A stretch of 62,925 nucleotides of DNA, counting the filler, from Licmophora abbreviata (taxonomy: Eukaryota), in NCBI GenBank assembly GCA_900291995.1. It is 25 parts of 25 records of this genome, joined end to end, with 100 filler letters (N's around TTAATTAATTAA, not from the genome) between each part and the next. Parts side by side here need not be neighbours in the genome. Positions count along the whole stretch, not along the records: positions 31,011 to 32,909 come from OLMU01002875.1; positions 33,010 to 34,123 come from OLMU01002876.1; positions 34,224 to 36,060 come from OLMU01002877.1; positions 36,161 to 37,949 come from OLMU01002878.1; positions 38,050 to 39,092 come from OLMU01002879.1; positions 39,193 to 43,047 come from OLMU01002880.1; positions 43,148 to 45,939 come from OLMU01002881.1; 18 more parts are not named here. One strand, given 5' to 3'. The position numbers and the translations under genes are program-made. The notes below the pieces were generated by a model. The model was not told where the DNA came from. It saw only the letters and a program-made list of their open reading frames with translations, and made no database searches. Shown here one piece after another: positions 32,724 through 43,426 of this stretch. Within the stretch, counting starts at the first letter, position 1. Each line of letters starts with the position of its first letter.

Positions 32724-34460
32724 TCAGTCTCCCTCTGGCATCGTGAAATCGGGCCGCATGAACGGCAAGGGTTGGCCTTCGTCCACGCAGGTCAGGTCCG
32801 GCGGCGCGTCGGGGTCAAAGACGAAGTCCCGCATGATCGCGATCGCACACCGGTTGATGTTCATGACTTGGACGTGGAACCCGGCGGGAAAGATCACGTG
32901 GGTGGCATTNNNNNNNNNNNNNNNNNNNNNNNNNNNNNNNNNNNNNNNNNNNNTTAATTAATTAANNNNNNNNNNNNNNNNNNNNNNNNNNNNNNNNNNN
33001 NNNNNNNNNGCGTCCACCACTTCCCGGCTCGTATACCACGGCGTCTGAACGTCCAGCCCGCCGCTGAGGACAAGGGTCGGGACATCCGCGGTCGCCAACT
33101 CATCGGCGCGATCGGGCAGTTGCGGCAGGTCCAGTACGTCGCACAACTCGACATAGAGGACGGCGCTGTTTCTTGCGAACAGGCGTCCGTAAAGGTCGAC
33201 ATCCTCCGTGACCACGTCGTCCGCCGACGTGGGCGGATCGTCAGTACAGACCATAGCGGCATGCATCAGGATCGCCATGGCGGCGTCCATCGCCGCGGGA
33301 TCGCCCAGAAGTTCCGCCCCGCGCTGCGCCGCCATGTCGCTCGCGATACGCTCCCGCCCCTCCGTGACGTAGGCGGTCAGGAGCGCGGGAAAAGCCATCA
33401 CAGCGAATTTCTCGGTCTGCAAACCGTGCAGATAGGACGCGAACTCACCCTGCGTCAGGGTCAGATCGAAGCTGACATCCGTTTGATCCGGCACTGCATA
33501 GGTCGTCTTGATCGGCCCGTCGTCGAACAAGGCGAGGGCCGCATCCAGCAGCGCCGGGATGTCATAGCTTGCCGCGCATTCGGCATCCTCGGCGCAGAGC
33601 CGGGTCAGGTTGTCGATACCCCACTGCGCGAAACTGGAGCGCCGTGCGCTCCAATCCGTCGAGGCAAGGGAGGCCGCGCCATCGAGCACCACGGCCTCGA
33701 GGATGCCTGGAAACTCTCGCATGACGTTCTGGCCCAGTTGCGAGCCGTAGGACTCGCCGTAGAAGACGATCCGCTCGTAGCCAAGCGCCCGCCGCATGTC
33801 GTTCACATCGGCGGCGTTCTCGAGGTTGTTGTATGCGGCAAGATCGACACCTGCTGCGCCATGCCTTGTGACGCAGTCCCGGATCCGCGCGCGCAGTAGA
33901 AGGCGCCCTTCCACGTCGTCCAGACCGCGCTCCACGGCCTCACGCTGCGCCGTCCAGAGTTCGGGACAGTCGAGGTAGGGCCGGGATCTGAGCGTACCGC
34001 GCTGCTCCATCAGGACGACATCGCGGCTTTCGAGGATCGGCCCAAGGAGTTCGGGCTGGAACAGCGCCAGGATCGCCGGATCGCCGGTGATCGCCTGACC
34101 TGGCCCGCCTGCCAGCATAAAGANNNNNNNNNNNNNNNNNNNNNNNNNNNNNNNNNNNNNNNNNNNNTTAATTAATTAANNNNNNNNNNNNNNNNNNNNN
34201 NNNNNNNNNNNNNNNNNNNNNNNGGCTAGGCGCACCTCGCCCTCGCCGCCCACCCGGCTCTGCGGGACAACGACATATCCGCAATCTGCGCCGCTCGATT
34301 GGGTGACCTCGGCGGGGAGGTCGAGAAAGCAAGTGTCGAGCGGCTCGACGGCCGGCGTAGTCTGCGCCCAGGCAGACGAAGCCGCAAGCGCCGGCATGAT
34401 TGCCGTCGCGCCAGCAGACAGGAAGTACTTCCATCTGTCGATCGTCTCTATCACTCGCAT
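32724..34460 (-). CDS. Secreted alpha/beta hydrolase (tripeptidyl-peptidase/TAP-like), split by two gaps
   Basis: Signal peptide, CGYVVVP, LAGGPG, EQRGT, GESYG nucleophile, SGGLDVQTP and C-terminal GFHVQ His. Confidence 0.85.
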
Positions 34461-34508
34461 TCTTTCGCCTCCTTGCAGTCGTGTCATCCCCGTCCGCCGC
34501 ACGCTTGC

Positions 34509-35234
34509 TTAGAACAGCATGGCGATCCCGACGCGGATTTCGTGGGTGTCGAGATCGCCGGCAAGTCTGTTGGTGCGACTTAAATTGAGGTAATCGAACT
34601 GGCCGAAATCCGAGTAGCGGTAATCGATCCTGCCGATCCAATGCTCGTCGAAGGCGTGCTCCACGCCGACGCCCACTGTCCACCCACGCTCGGTTCCGGA
34701 CCAAGCACGTGGCCGACTTCGAACGCCACGCACATCAGCTTGGTAAACACCTTCATGTTTGACCCAGGCCAGACCGGCGGCGGCGTAGATCAACGTATTG
34801 TCCAGCGCGTATCCGATGCGCCCACGCAGGGCTGCCGTGCCGAGGATGCGCGTGTCGACCACTTCGGTTAAGGTGCCTGTGAAGTTGCCTCCGGCGTTGG
34901 TAAGCGCCCTTCTCTGGACGGCACGGCCATCCGCACCGCTCCAGTTTACCTCGCCCTCGACGCCGTATACGAGCGCCGAGCCATAATGCCAATTGTAGCC
35001 GAGGTAGAGGCCACGCTGGACCCCCTCGGGGTCCGTGGACCAAGACCGGCCCACAACACCGGTGTTGGCGACATTGTTGACGATCTGGTCGGCACCTATT
35101 GCACCGACTTGGAGGCCCATATAGCCGCCGGACCAATCGCCAGAAAACTCTCCTCCCGTAGCCGACTCCTGCGCTACGGAGGCTGCGGGAATAAGACAGG
35201 CCAACATAAGGCCAGATATTCGTTTCAATGTCAT
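34509..35234 (-). CDS. Omp25/RopB-like outer-membrane beta-barrel protein
   Basis: DWSGGYMGLQVG, LRGRIGYA, GWTVGVGVEHA and RIDYRYSDFG motifs; terminal Phe. Confidence 0.88.
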   Translation of the reverse strand: MTLKRISGLMLACLIPAASVAQESATGGEFSGDWSGGYMGLQVGAIGADQIVNNVANTGVVGRSWSTDPEGVQRGLYLGYNWHYGSALVYGVEGEVNWSGADGRAVQRRALTNAGGNFTGTLTEVVDTRILGTAALRGRIGYALDNTLIYAAAGLAWVKHEGVYQADVRGVRSRPRAWSGTERGWTVGVGVEHAFDEHWIGRIDYRYSDFGQFDYLNLSRTNRLAGDLDTHEIRVGIAMLF

Positions 35235-35476
35235 ATCGTTTCCATTCGTTGAAGGTTGCGTTGCGAACCGGCCCCCCTGCGGGTCAGGTTCGCCCTGGAC
35301 GGCATCGTGGTCAGATCTTCGCCGGTCATCACGACGACGCCGGAGTCCGACTGGACGTTCTGGTGCGCGGCGACGTCGGAAGCTGCCGGGACCAGCCCGG
35401 CACATAGCCGATGGCGCATCTCTCGGACGAAGTCGGAGGAAAGGCTTAACAAGATCTGCAGGCGTTCGGGTGTCAT
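35231..35476 (-). CDS. Small hypothetical protein
   Basis: 81-aa ORF with ATGA overlap to the OMP start. Confidence 0.4.
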   Translation of the reverse strand: MTPERLQILLSLSSDFVREMRHRLCAGLVPAASDVAAHQNVQSDSGVVVMTGEDLTTMPSRANLTRRGAGSQRNLQRMETI

Positions 35477-35507
35477 CTCATCTGGTCCGTCGATGGGGCA
35501 CCGCGGC

Positions 35508-35813
35508 TCAGTTTGCCGTGGCCTGCATGAGTTCCTTCATGACCTCGTCGCATCGGGCCGTCGTGCCCGTGAGCGTTGCCGGGTCAACAGTGCCGCCGAG
35601 ATCCTTAGTCGCGCGGGCGACAACCTGCTCGATCTGGTCCTCGGTCAGGAGGCCCTCCGCGGTCGCGGCCATGACGGTCGAGCAGATGCCGGCGCTTAGC
35701 CCCGTGGCAATACCAGCGCCGGTTCCAGCGCCGGCAAGGATTGACCCACCGATCACGGCGCCGCCAAGAAAGCCCACAACGAGGCCGATAAGTCCGATAA
35801 GGAGTTTACCCAT
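35508..35813 (-). CDS. Gly-rich membrane/secreted hypothetical protein with Cys pair
   Basis: GxxxG-rich N-terminal helices; two Cys. Confidence 0.7.
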   Translation of the reverse strand: MGKLLIGLIGLVVGFLGGAVIGGSILAGAGTGAGIATGLSAGICSTVMAATAEGLLTEDQIEQVVARATKDLGGTVDPATLTGTTARCDEVMKELMQATAN

Positions 35814-35826
35814 TTGTCTGATACCT

Positions 35827-36060
35827 TCAGTTGCGAGACGCCAGTCGCAGCCACCTGCAGAATCCGGCGAGAATGGCGATGTTCAGCATGGGAGTGAGCC
35901 CTGCCGCCCAGGGGCGAAGAGACTCCGACACCCCATCCAGCCAGTTGTTCCAGGGCAGGCCAAGCGGTGCGAGGAAGACGCCGGCAAGCGGCGTAGGCTC
36001 CTGCCCGAACCAGCCAAACATGCCGGTGAAAAAAAGGAAAAGCGCAGCGACGTAGAGCAG
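35827..36060 (-). CDS. Small membrane protein, paralog of 19464..19748 (5' end in gap)
   Basis: FGQEPTPLAGVFLAPLGLPW...LRPWA...PMLNIA...C. Confidence 0.75.
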   Translation of the reverse strand: MLYVAALFLFFTGMFGWFGQEPTPLAGVFLAPLGLPWNNWLDGVSESLRPWAAGLTPMLNIAILAGFCRWLRLASRN

Positions 36061-36303
36061 NNNNNNNNNNNNNNNNNNNNNNNNNNNNNNNNNNNNNNNN
36101 NNNNTTAATTAATTAANNNNNNNNNNNNNNNNNNNNNNNNNNNNNNNNNNNNNNNNNNNNGCTCAGGGGGAGAAGGAAAGTCGTTTTCATTGGGATGTCC
36201 CTTTCGATTGATGGCTCCGCAGCCTATGAGCGGGCAGAAAGGCAGGTGGCACCACCGGTCGTCGGCCAGCCGCCAAAGAGAATTCAATACAACCGACTGG
36301 CGG

Positions 36304-36849
36304 TCATAGCCTCCGGTACTCGGTGTTGAAGATCTGACCGGCCGAATTGACTGTGCAAACCACATGCTTGTGGCCATGCGCCAGTTCGATGTAGTAGGTA
36401 TCTGCCCCTTCCTGAGCAGCCTTGGTGACGTGCACGTTTCTTGCGCTCGTCTGGAAGACGCCGTTCACGGCATCATTGAAGCAGGAATTCATCGCAGCTG
36501 CGGGGACCTTTACCCCCACGACATTATTGGACTTGTGCGAAAGGTTGTGGGCGCGCTCCCTGTGTCCGGCATCATAGCCGTTCATGTAGGCCGCCGTCGG
36601 GTAGTTGCTTGCGTAGGGCTCGTTGTGCACGCCGTCGCGATAACCCATCTCGAACTGGGCCGTTTCATCCGCGCCGTTTGGCTGATAGCCGTCCCGGTAG
36701 TGGTCCTTGTGATGCGCCAGAGCGGCTATCCCCAGAATCGCCAGGGCCGCCGCAGCGGCTTTATCGCTGTTATCACTAGCCAGCGCAGGCGCGCTTCCGA
36801 CTTGCAGAGCGAGTGCCGCTGCCGTGGCTGCCATCAATAACTTTTTCAT
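36304..36849 (-). CDS. Secreted hypothetical protein (GYRDG/GYDAG repeats + C-terminal two-Cys domain)
   Basis: RBS GGAGAG; signal MKKLLMAATAAA...ALA; AMNSC...VVCTVNSAG. Confidence 0.8.
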   Translation of the reverse strand: MKKLLMAATAAALALQVGSAPALASDNSDKAAAAALAILGIAALAHHKDHYRDGYQPNGADETAQFEMGYRDGVHNEPYASNYPTAAYMNGYDAGHRERAHNLSHKSNNVVGVKVPAAAMNSCFNDAVNGVFQTSARNVHVTKAAQEGADTYYIELAHGHKHVVCTVNSAGQIFNTEYRRL

Positions 36850-36886
36850 CGGTCTACTCTCCAAGATTGGATGATCATTGAACAAA

Positions 36887-36952
36887 TTGTTACCGCAGCT
36901 GGGCCACGCTGTCGTTACACCGAAGTCGCAGTGTTCCTTGTCTAAATGTCTC
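36887..36952 (-). promoter_or_regulatory. Conserved operator/promoter P4
   Basis: GAGAC-ATTTAGA-CAA-N8-GCGAC-N7-TAACGACA-N17-TAACAA. Confidence 0.75.
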
Positions 36953-37024
36953 ACGGAAAGGAAAACTGACCGAACTGGCGTCTGTCGATCCGTGTGCGGA
37001 CCCGCCGCCAGGCATTCTGCGCGA

Positions 37025-37411
37025 TCAGCCGAACACCGCGAAGCCTTCGTCGATCCTCGCAAGGATGGCATAGGTCACAAGCGTCAAGATAAAGCACAAA
37101 AATAGCCCTGGGATCAGCATGAGCTTGATCAGCCGGGACAGCCTCGCACCCAGTTGAGGCCCGTCCACTTGATCGGGGTCCAAAGCAAGTCTCACCAGTC
37201 CCGAAACCTGAACCAAGATCCCCGCGATCACCAGTCCGAGAGCCATGAACGTTGCGCTGACAACCAAGTGAATACCCAAAGACACGCCGGTCTCGGGCCG
37301 CGTGTCCGCAAGGAAGAGACTGGCCATGACAAGAACCCCGGCCATGCCAGACAGCGCCCCTGCCACAGCGAAGGAGGTCGAAAAGGCTATCGAAAGGACC
37401 TTCATGGGCAT
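37025..37411 (-). CDS. Hypothetical 3-TM membrane protein
   Basis: Hydrophobic ORF ending ARIDEGFAVFG. Confidence 0.6.
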   Translation of the reverse strand: MPMKVLSIAFSTSFAVAGALSGMAGVLVMASLFLADTRPETGVSLGIHLVVSATFMALGLVIAGILVQVSGLVRLALDPDQVDGPQLGARLSRLIKLMLIPGLFLCFILTLVTYAILARIDEGFAVFG

Positions 37412-37769
37412 GCGAGCGCACCGTCTTTTGTGGAGTTTTCGCGGCCCTCCGGCGTCATGACGCAAACACGCGCATCCAACGCTAACGATCCGATCGGAGA
37501 CGTTCCACGAGCCGCCCACACTCTCAGAGATCACCTGCGGCACTTGCGGCGCCGAAGACCGTCTCGCCGGAAGGGAATTGCATCCTCTTTGCTGAACTCA
37601 TGAGGACCTGACCAATCGATTTCGGGGTCGAAAGCAACGTTTGCCCCGCCGCCTCGATGAAAGGAAAATCCCGCTGACGACGGAAACCGATGATCGGTGT
37701 GATCAGCGATCTTCTTATCTCAATTTACTTTAAAGTCGATCCGAGATGCAACAGGCCCAGCCGATCTCT

Positions 37770-38746
37770 TCAACCGCCGTGGATGATTGCATCGGGAAGG
37801 AAGTACCGCTCATCTCCGATCAATACGACGAACGCGTCACTTTCCCGCGTCACGGTCATGTCCATTACGCCGTCGGCCTCTGACCGGTCAAAGGAAACAG
37901 GCTCGCCGTTCTCGAAGTAGATCGTGCGCGTGGCTGCCTCGGGCCAGAANNNNNNNNNNNNNNNNNNNNNNNNNNNNNNNNNNNNNNNNNNNNTTAATTA
38001 ATTAANNNNNNNNNNNNNNNNNNNNNNNNNNNNNNNNNNNNNNNNNNNNCCTTCGACCCCTCGACCAGATAGTCACCAGCGGCCCAACCCGTCAGGGACG
38101 GCTCTGGTGTTGAGACCCGGCACCACCGCTGGCCCTCCGCCATCCGGCAGCCGAGATTGCGGACTTCGAGCCCGTTAGGCAGCGTGGCGAGCACGCGCGC
38201 GCCTCTCGAGGGCGCATCTCTGAGGTTCAGCCCACCGCCGGCGCGGACGCGCCAGTAATCCGGGCCACCCTGGAGTCCGTCCGCAAAATCGCCCTCAACG
38301 ACAGCGCCAGTCTCGCCCATGATGGAAATCTCCAGAGCGTAGTTCGACGACTCGCCCCGGCGCGCGGCGTTGCGGTAGAGATAAACCGAAACCGAGTAGG
38401 TCCCGGAGTTCGGTAGGACGCCATCGAAGACGTTGAGAGCGGGTATCATCGGGCCGGTGATCTCACTGACCGCGAGCGCTTCGTCGCCTGGTCCGCGCCC
38501 TGGGGCGTAGACGTTGAAATAGGTGGCGGTATTGTCTGTGGTTAGCCGGATCTGCATGCGCTGACCTGCCTCGGCCCCGATCGTGTAGAGAACGTATTCC
38601 CGGCCGGTGATCCTGTCGGAAATGGTCGCGCCGCTCGTTCCGGGCGCAAAGCGTACCTGCTCGGTGCGCATGTCCTGCGCGAGGACCGGACCAGCGCAGA
38701 GACCAAGACAGATCGCGGCGGCCAAAAAGGACAGTGTTCGTTTCAT
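37770..38746 (-). CDS. Secreted protein: PliG-like domain + SH3b domain + C-terminal ERYxxPDAxxxGG domain (split by gap)
   Basis: VRFAPGTSGATI...YFNVYAPG...LPNSGTYSVSVYLYRNAARRGE (PliG-like); LNLRDAPS...CRM...WCRV...GW (SH3b). Confidence 0.75.
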
Positions 38747-38949
38747 CGCTTGCTTCCCGGTTGTTGATTGTGACGCGCCCGCCGGTCTTCGCCGGCGAGT
38801 GCTACAGTGGCGCAAACCCTTTTGGCCTGGCAGGTCGACACGACTTGGCCCGCCGAGTGGTTCATGCAGTTCAAAACAGCCGCCCTTGCAACGATCCTGA
38901 GATAAGGCCGCGAGATTTGACCTTGTCAGGGTATCCAACTTCCAACTGG

Positions 38950-39015
38950 AACCTATCATCAGGCGCGACCACTGTCGTTGCCCGGAGATCGCATTGTTTG
39001 TTGCCCGAGACTCTC
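38950..39015 (-). promoter_or_regulatory. Conserved operator/promoter P3
   Basis: GAGAG-TCTCGGG-CAA-N8-GCGAT-N7-CAACGACA-N17-TAGGTT. Confidence 0.78.
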
Positions 39016-39395
39016 AATCCAATTCGCGGGCGATCATTGCCTCGGATTTAAAGAAGAAAATTATTGATTATTATCAATATCTTGAAACGTTTNNNNNNNN
39101 NNNNNNNNNNNNNNNNNNNNNNNNNNNNNNNNNNNNTTAATTAATTAANNNNNNNNNNNNNNNNNNNNNNNNNNNNNNNNNNNNNNNNNNNNGATTATTA
39201 TCAATATCTTGAAACGTTTCCCTCAAAGCGGACCTTCGCTGAACCACATCACCGGATCACGCAGTTGCGGACCACTGCGCGACTGTACGCTGTAGATCAA
39301 CGGCTTCATTTATTCTAACATTCTACACAATTATTCTGAATCGGACCGCCCGCCAAAGGTGCGCGCGGCATGCCAAGATCCACAAGGTTACGCGA

Positions 39396-40175
39396 ATGAG
39401 ACCAATGCTTCCGATACGCGGCATGCTGGGGGCTGCGCTGACCGTGCTCATGATTGTGGGCGCGGCGCCTGTTCTTGCGCAGGTAGCCGACGGCCCGCTT
39501 ACCATACCAGCCGAGGTCGAGGTACGCGGGCGTGGCTGGACGCAATTATCCGACTTCAACGAGATGAGCGATTTCGGGCTGACGCTGCTTGAGACCATTC
39601 TGCTGACCACCGCCCTCGCCTTCCACCCGGTCAATCTTGCCTACCGCGATCACAGCAAAGGCGTTGATTTACAGAAAGGCATGATCCTTTTTGCGCTCAT
39701 CGGTATGGTGACGGGCTTTCTCATTGTTTATCATGGTTATCTTATCGGCTTCGTGATCTTCGGGATCGGAAGCCTGTTCCGCTTCCGAATGGAGTCGAGT
39801 TCGATCGCGGATACTGCGCAGCTCGTTTTCGCATCGCTCATCGGGCTTTCAGCTGGCCTTGATCTGCCCGTCATGGCGTTGGTCGCCACGGCCGCCGTCT
39901 GGGTGGTCGTCTACATATTCGGACGTACGACGCAACTCTCGCTAGAAGTGAAGTTCGACGAAAAGAGCGCTCTGGCGGATGCGATGCTCCACTTGCAGGA
40001 GCTTCTGAGCGATAGCGGCTTCTCGGTCGCTGCCGTCGCGAAGACGAAATTCAAGCCGGTGGCGCTCTACACCATGACCAGTCAGCACCCGGACGCGAAG
40101 GCGTCGCTCGTTCGGACCATGTCGGAACTCCACGGCAAGAAGGATAGCGGAGTTTCGGACTGGCACGTGGACTGA
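39396..40175 (+). CDS. DUF4956-like membrane protein
   Basis: Multi-TM segment with FVIFGIGSLFRFR...DT...F...IGLSAG and a soluble ACT-like C-terminus. Confidence 0.6.
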   Translation: MRPMLPIRGMLGAALTVLMIVGAAPVLAQVADGPLTIPAEVEVRGRGWTQLSDFNEMSDFGLTLLETILLTTALAFHPVNLAYRDHSKGVDLQKGMILFALIGMVTGFLIVYHGYLIGFVIFGIGSLFRFRMESSSIADTAQLVFASLIGLSAGLDLPVMALVATAAVWVVVYIFGRTTQLSLEVKFDEKSALADAMLHLQELLSDSGFSVAAVAKTKFKPVALYTMTSQHPDAKASLVRTMSELHGKKDSGVSDWHVD

Positions 40176-40182
40176 TCCCCCA

Positions 40183-41061
40183 ATGATGCGCATGTGCTCA
40201 GCTCTCACGGTCGCAGGGGTGATCTGCGCCGCTGCGGTCTCCCAAACCGAGGCTGATGAAACCGACTTGCCCGAGCGGCTGGTATTCCGCGAAAGCCATG
40301 TGATCTTTGCGCATGCGGACGGGCTGAAGGAGCCGTCCGGCCTCGCGCTCGATCCCGAAACAGGGGCGTTGATGACAGTCAGCGACAACTCTCGCCATGT
40401 GTTTCTCCTTGATCCCAAGGGCGGGATCACGCGGCGCCTTCATGCGGTTAGCGGACTGAAAGATGCCGAGGCGGTCGACATCGCGTCCGATGGCCGGGTT
40501 CTGCTGCTGTCCGAGGAACGGGGAGCGATCCTTTCGATGGACCCCGCCGCACCCAATAAGGCGACCCTGCACCCGCTGTCGAAGATGAAAGGCTTCGAAG
40601 CGTTTCTCTCCGTCGCGGACGGTGACCCGGATCGGCTGAGCCCCGAGGGCCTTGCCGTACACGGGCTGACCGGATCCGTGATCGTGGCGAACGAAAGCGA
40701 TCCCCGGGTGTTGATCGAAGTTTCTCCCGCCCTCGATCGAATCTTCGGGGTCACCCTTCTGTCTCAAGAGCGCGGCTTCGCCTGCTCATACACGACCGAC
40801 GACGCGCTCGACGCCAGTGGCCTTGCCTATGACCCTGTGCGGGACGGCCTGTGGATCACCAGCGATACCGGGAAGTGCGTGTTTTTCTGGGATGGTTCGG
40901 AAAACCCGGCGCGGCATTTCGAACTGGCTTGGCTCGATGGTCAACATGTTAGACCGGTGGACAATGCCGAGGGCGTGGCCCTCGATCTAGACAGCGATAC
41001 GCTCCTTGTCGTAACCGATGACGGGAAGGCATCGAGGCTCTTCCGCTACGCCATTGAGTGA
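40183..41061 (+). CDS. Secreted YjiK/SdiA-regulated-type beta-propeller
   Basis: Repeats EPSGLALD, DAEAV, PEGLAV, DASGLAYD and NAEGVALD; signal peptide. Confidence 0.75.
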   Translation: MMRMCSALTVAGVICAAAVSQTEADETDLPERLVFRESHVIFAHADGLKEPSGLALDPETGALMTVSDNSRHVFLLDPKGGITRRLHAVSGLKDAEAVDIASDGRVLLLSEERGAILSMDPAAPNKATLHPLSKMKGFEAFLSVADGDPDRLSPEGLAVHGLTGSVIVANESDPRVLIEVSPALDRIFGVTLLSQERGFACSYTTDDALDASGLAYDPVRDGLWITSDTGKCVFFWDGSENPARHFELAWLDGQHVRPVDNAEGVALDLDSDTLLVVTDDGKASRLFRYAIE

Positions 41062-41082
41062 CTTTTCGGATGACCGGCTCGG

Positions 41083-42048
41083 CTACCGCGTCTTGCCCGT
41101 GGAGACGCCGGGAACCCGTGCGCGGTCGAGGCGCTCGAGAACGACCCCGCCGGAGACGATTTTGGCTGGCAGCGTTTCGGGATCCAGCCGTGTCCCAAAG
41201 TCGGGACCGATCATCGCCGACACGGTGATCGTGCCGTTTTCGCCGATGTCGAGGATCGTGAAGCCCGGCTCGGCCCTCTTCGACGTGCCAATCAGGTGGC
41301 GCGGGCCCGCCCCGAGACACGCCTGTACCACGTAGGCGACGCCCTCCGACGCGCCCGGATAGTAGGCATGGTGGTGACCGGAGAGATGCAGGTCTATCCC
41401 GATCTCCTCGAACAGATCCGCAAGCCCCGGATCGCCGATGATTTCCTTCTCGCGCCCCGCCGCCACGGGCCAAAGCGGAAGATGGCTGAAGACGACGCGG
41501 GTCGGCCCCGCGCCTGCCATCGCCGCCTTCAGCCAGGTCTCCTGCTCGGGCGCGAGCGCTCCGACTGTCGTCGCGTCGAGCGAAACGAAACGGACGCCGC
41601 CCAGATCGAAGGCGTAGGCGAAAGGGTATCCGTCCCGCCCGACATAGGCGAGCTGGGGCCGGTGCGCGGCCCAGCTTTCCGCGTAGAGCCGCCGCTCCTG
41701 CTCGAACCCGGCATAGGCGGAGGCGTCGTGATTGCCCGGCGTCACGGCGAGCGGAATGTCCGCCGCCTCAAGCGGCGCGGTGACCGTCCGGTGGAAGGCG
41801 TCCCACATGGCGCGCACCTCCGCTTCGGTCAGTTGTGGGCGGCGCTGGCCCGCGACCATGTCGCCCGTCGAGATCACGAGGTCGGGTTTCATGGCCACGA
41901 TCGCGCGGATGGCCTCGGCGACACGCGGCTCGTAGGCGACGGATCCGTAGGACCCGTTCAGATCCGAGATTACCACGACGCGCAACGGCGCTGCCAAGGC
42001 CGCGCCGCCGAAGAGAAATGCGAGGACAAAAAAGAGTCTAGCTACCAT
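41083..42048 (-). CDS. Secreted calcineurin-like metallophosphoesterase
   Basis: Signal peptide; SDLN, TGDMVAG, PGNHD, FSHLP and SGHHH motifs. Confidence 0.9.
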   Translation of the reverse strand: MVARLFFVLAFLFGGAALAAPLRVVVISDLNGSYGSVAYEPRVAEAIRAIVAMKPDLVISTGDMVAGQRRPQLTEAEVRAMWDAFHRTVTAPLEAADIPLAVTPGNHDASAYAGFEQERRLYAESWAAHRPQLAYVGRDGYPFAYAFDLGGVRFVSLDATTVGALAPEQETWLKAAMAGAGPTRVVFSHLPLWPVAAGREKEIIGDPGLADLFEEIGIDLHLSGHHHAYYPGASEGVAYVVQACLGAGPRHLIGTSKRAEPGFTILDIGENGTITVSAMIGPDFGTRLDPETLPAKIVSGGVVLERLDRARVPGVSTGKTR

Positions 42049-43406
42049 GGCAGGGCACGTCGTCCGGTATCACAGATCCTGTCTCCAAGAATTGCTTCGG
42101 GTTGAGGTCGAAGGCAAGATCGCCGTTGCGGCAACTTTCCGACAGAATGCCCGCGGCGAGGTTCGTGTTCTTGACGATCTGCTGGATCTGGCCGTCGTTC
42201 AGGCCGAGGCTCGTGGCCGTCCACAGATAGACCGGCCCTTGCGACTGGAGATCGGCGTCCAGCGCCATGAGCTTGGCGTATACGTCTCCGTCGAAGTGGC
42301 GGAGCTTTTCCAGCATCTGGGTCGACTTGGCGAAGTTCGCGTATTGTACACGCCCGCCCGCGTCATTGTCGTTTAGGTTCGTTCGACGCAGAAGAATGGC
42401 CCCCTCTGGCACGTCGCCATCGCCAGGCTCATGATGCCTGGCCTTCCTGCGCTTCAGTTCGCCCGCCTCGACCCAGTGGTAGTAGGGCGTGAAGTCGATG
42501 TTGCCGACCCTGTCCTGCTGGCTGAAGATGTAGTCGAGAAGGACGATCTCGGAGAGTTCGCGCATCCAGTAGGCCATCTGCTGCGCCGGGACATCCCTGC
42601 CGAGGTCCCTCGCGATGGTGCGGTCCTTCCGGCCTTCGGTCAGCCCGTGTTCGATGGCCTCGGCCAGCGGCAGCGACGAGCGCAGAGCGAGAAAAGCGGG
42701 TGTTTCCTGAAAGTCGAAGTTCTGGCCCTTGCCCCAGCCGGACTTGCGAGTGCCGTTGATCTCGGAGCCGTAGCGGTGGCCCGGGCTCGACAGGAGCACG
42801 CCGTAAAGTTGAGACCGGTCGGCGGTGTAGATATCGTCGGTGGGAGAGTAGCTTTCGGGCTTCACGTCCGCGTTGACAATGTGGCGCCAGCCCTCGTGGT
42901 TCATCCGGGCGCTTTGGTTGTGGCCGGAGATGGCGAGGCCGGGTTCGGCGACCTCGGTAAGGTGCATCTTCGTGTCCATCGAACGCCAGACCGCAGCCGG
43001 GACGATCACGTCCATGCCAAAAAACCGCGAAAAGTGGTAATAGAGCANNNNNNNNNNNNNNNNNNNNNNNNNNNNNNNNNNNNNNNNNNNNTTAATTAAT
43101 TAANNNNNNNNNNNNNNNNNNNNNNNNNNNNNNNNNNNNNNNNNNNNCATGCCGGGGCTGGTGCTCCAGGTCTTGGGACAGAGGGCAACGGCGGGCGCGT
43201 AGAAGTCGATCGCGCACGTAGCCCTCTTCCGCTTCGATATCGTCCTCGCCATAGTGGCCACCCGGGATCTGGGCGATCCGCAAGCAGCGTTCGACGACCC
43301 CGTTCGGACTCGTGAACGTTGTCTCCTTGCCCCGGATTGCGTCAGAGCCGAAAGCGGCGACGGGTAAGAGGAACGCACAGGTGAGAGATAGTGAGATTGA
43401 CTTCAT
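42038..43406 (-). CDS. Secreted atypical kinase, four-jointed/Fam20-like (split by gap, +1 frameshift near 43218)
   Basis: Signal MKSISLSLTCAFLLPVAAFG; YHFSRFFG..IVPAAVWR; EIVLLDYIFSQQDRVGN; NLNDNDAG. Confidence 0.6.
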
Positions 43407-43426
43407 GCCTGAACCTTTCCGCACTA

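Noticed and set aside
39066..39219. 27-nt direct repeat GATTATTATCAATATCTTGAAACGTTT
   Set aside because: Contig-end overlap across the linker, not a target-site duplication.
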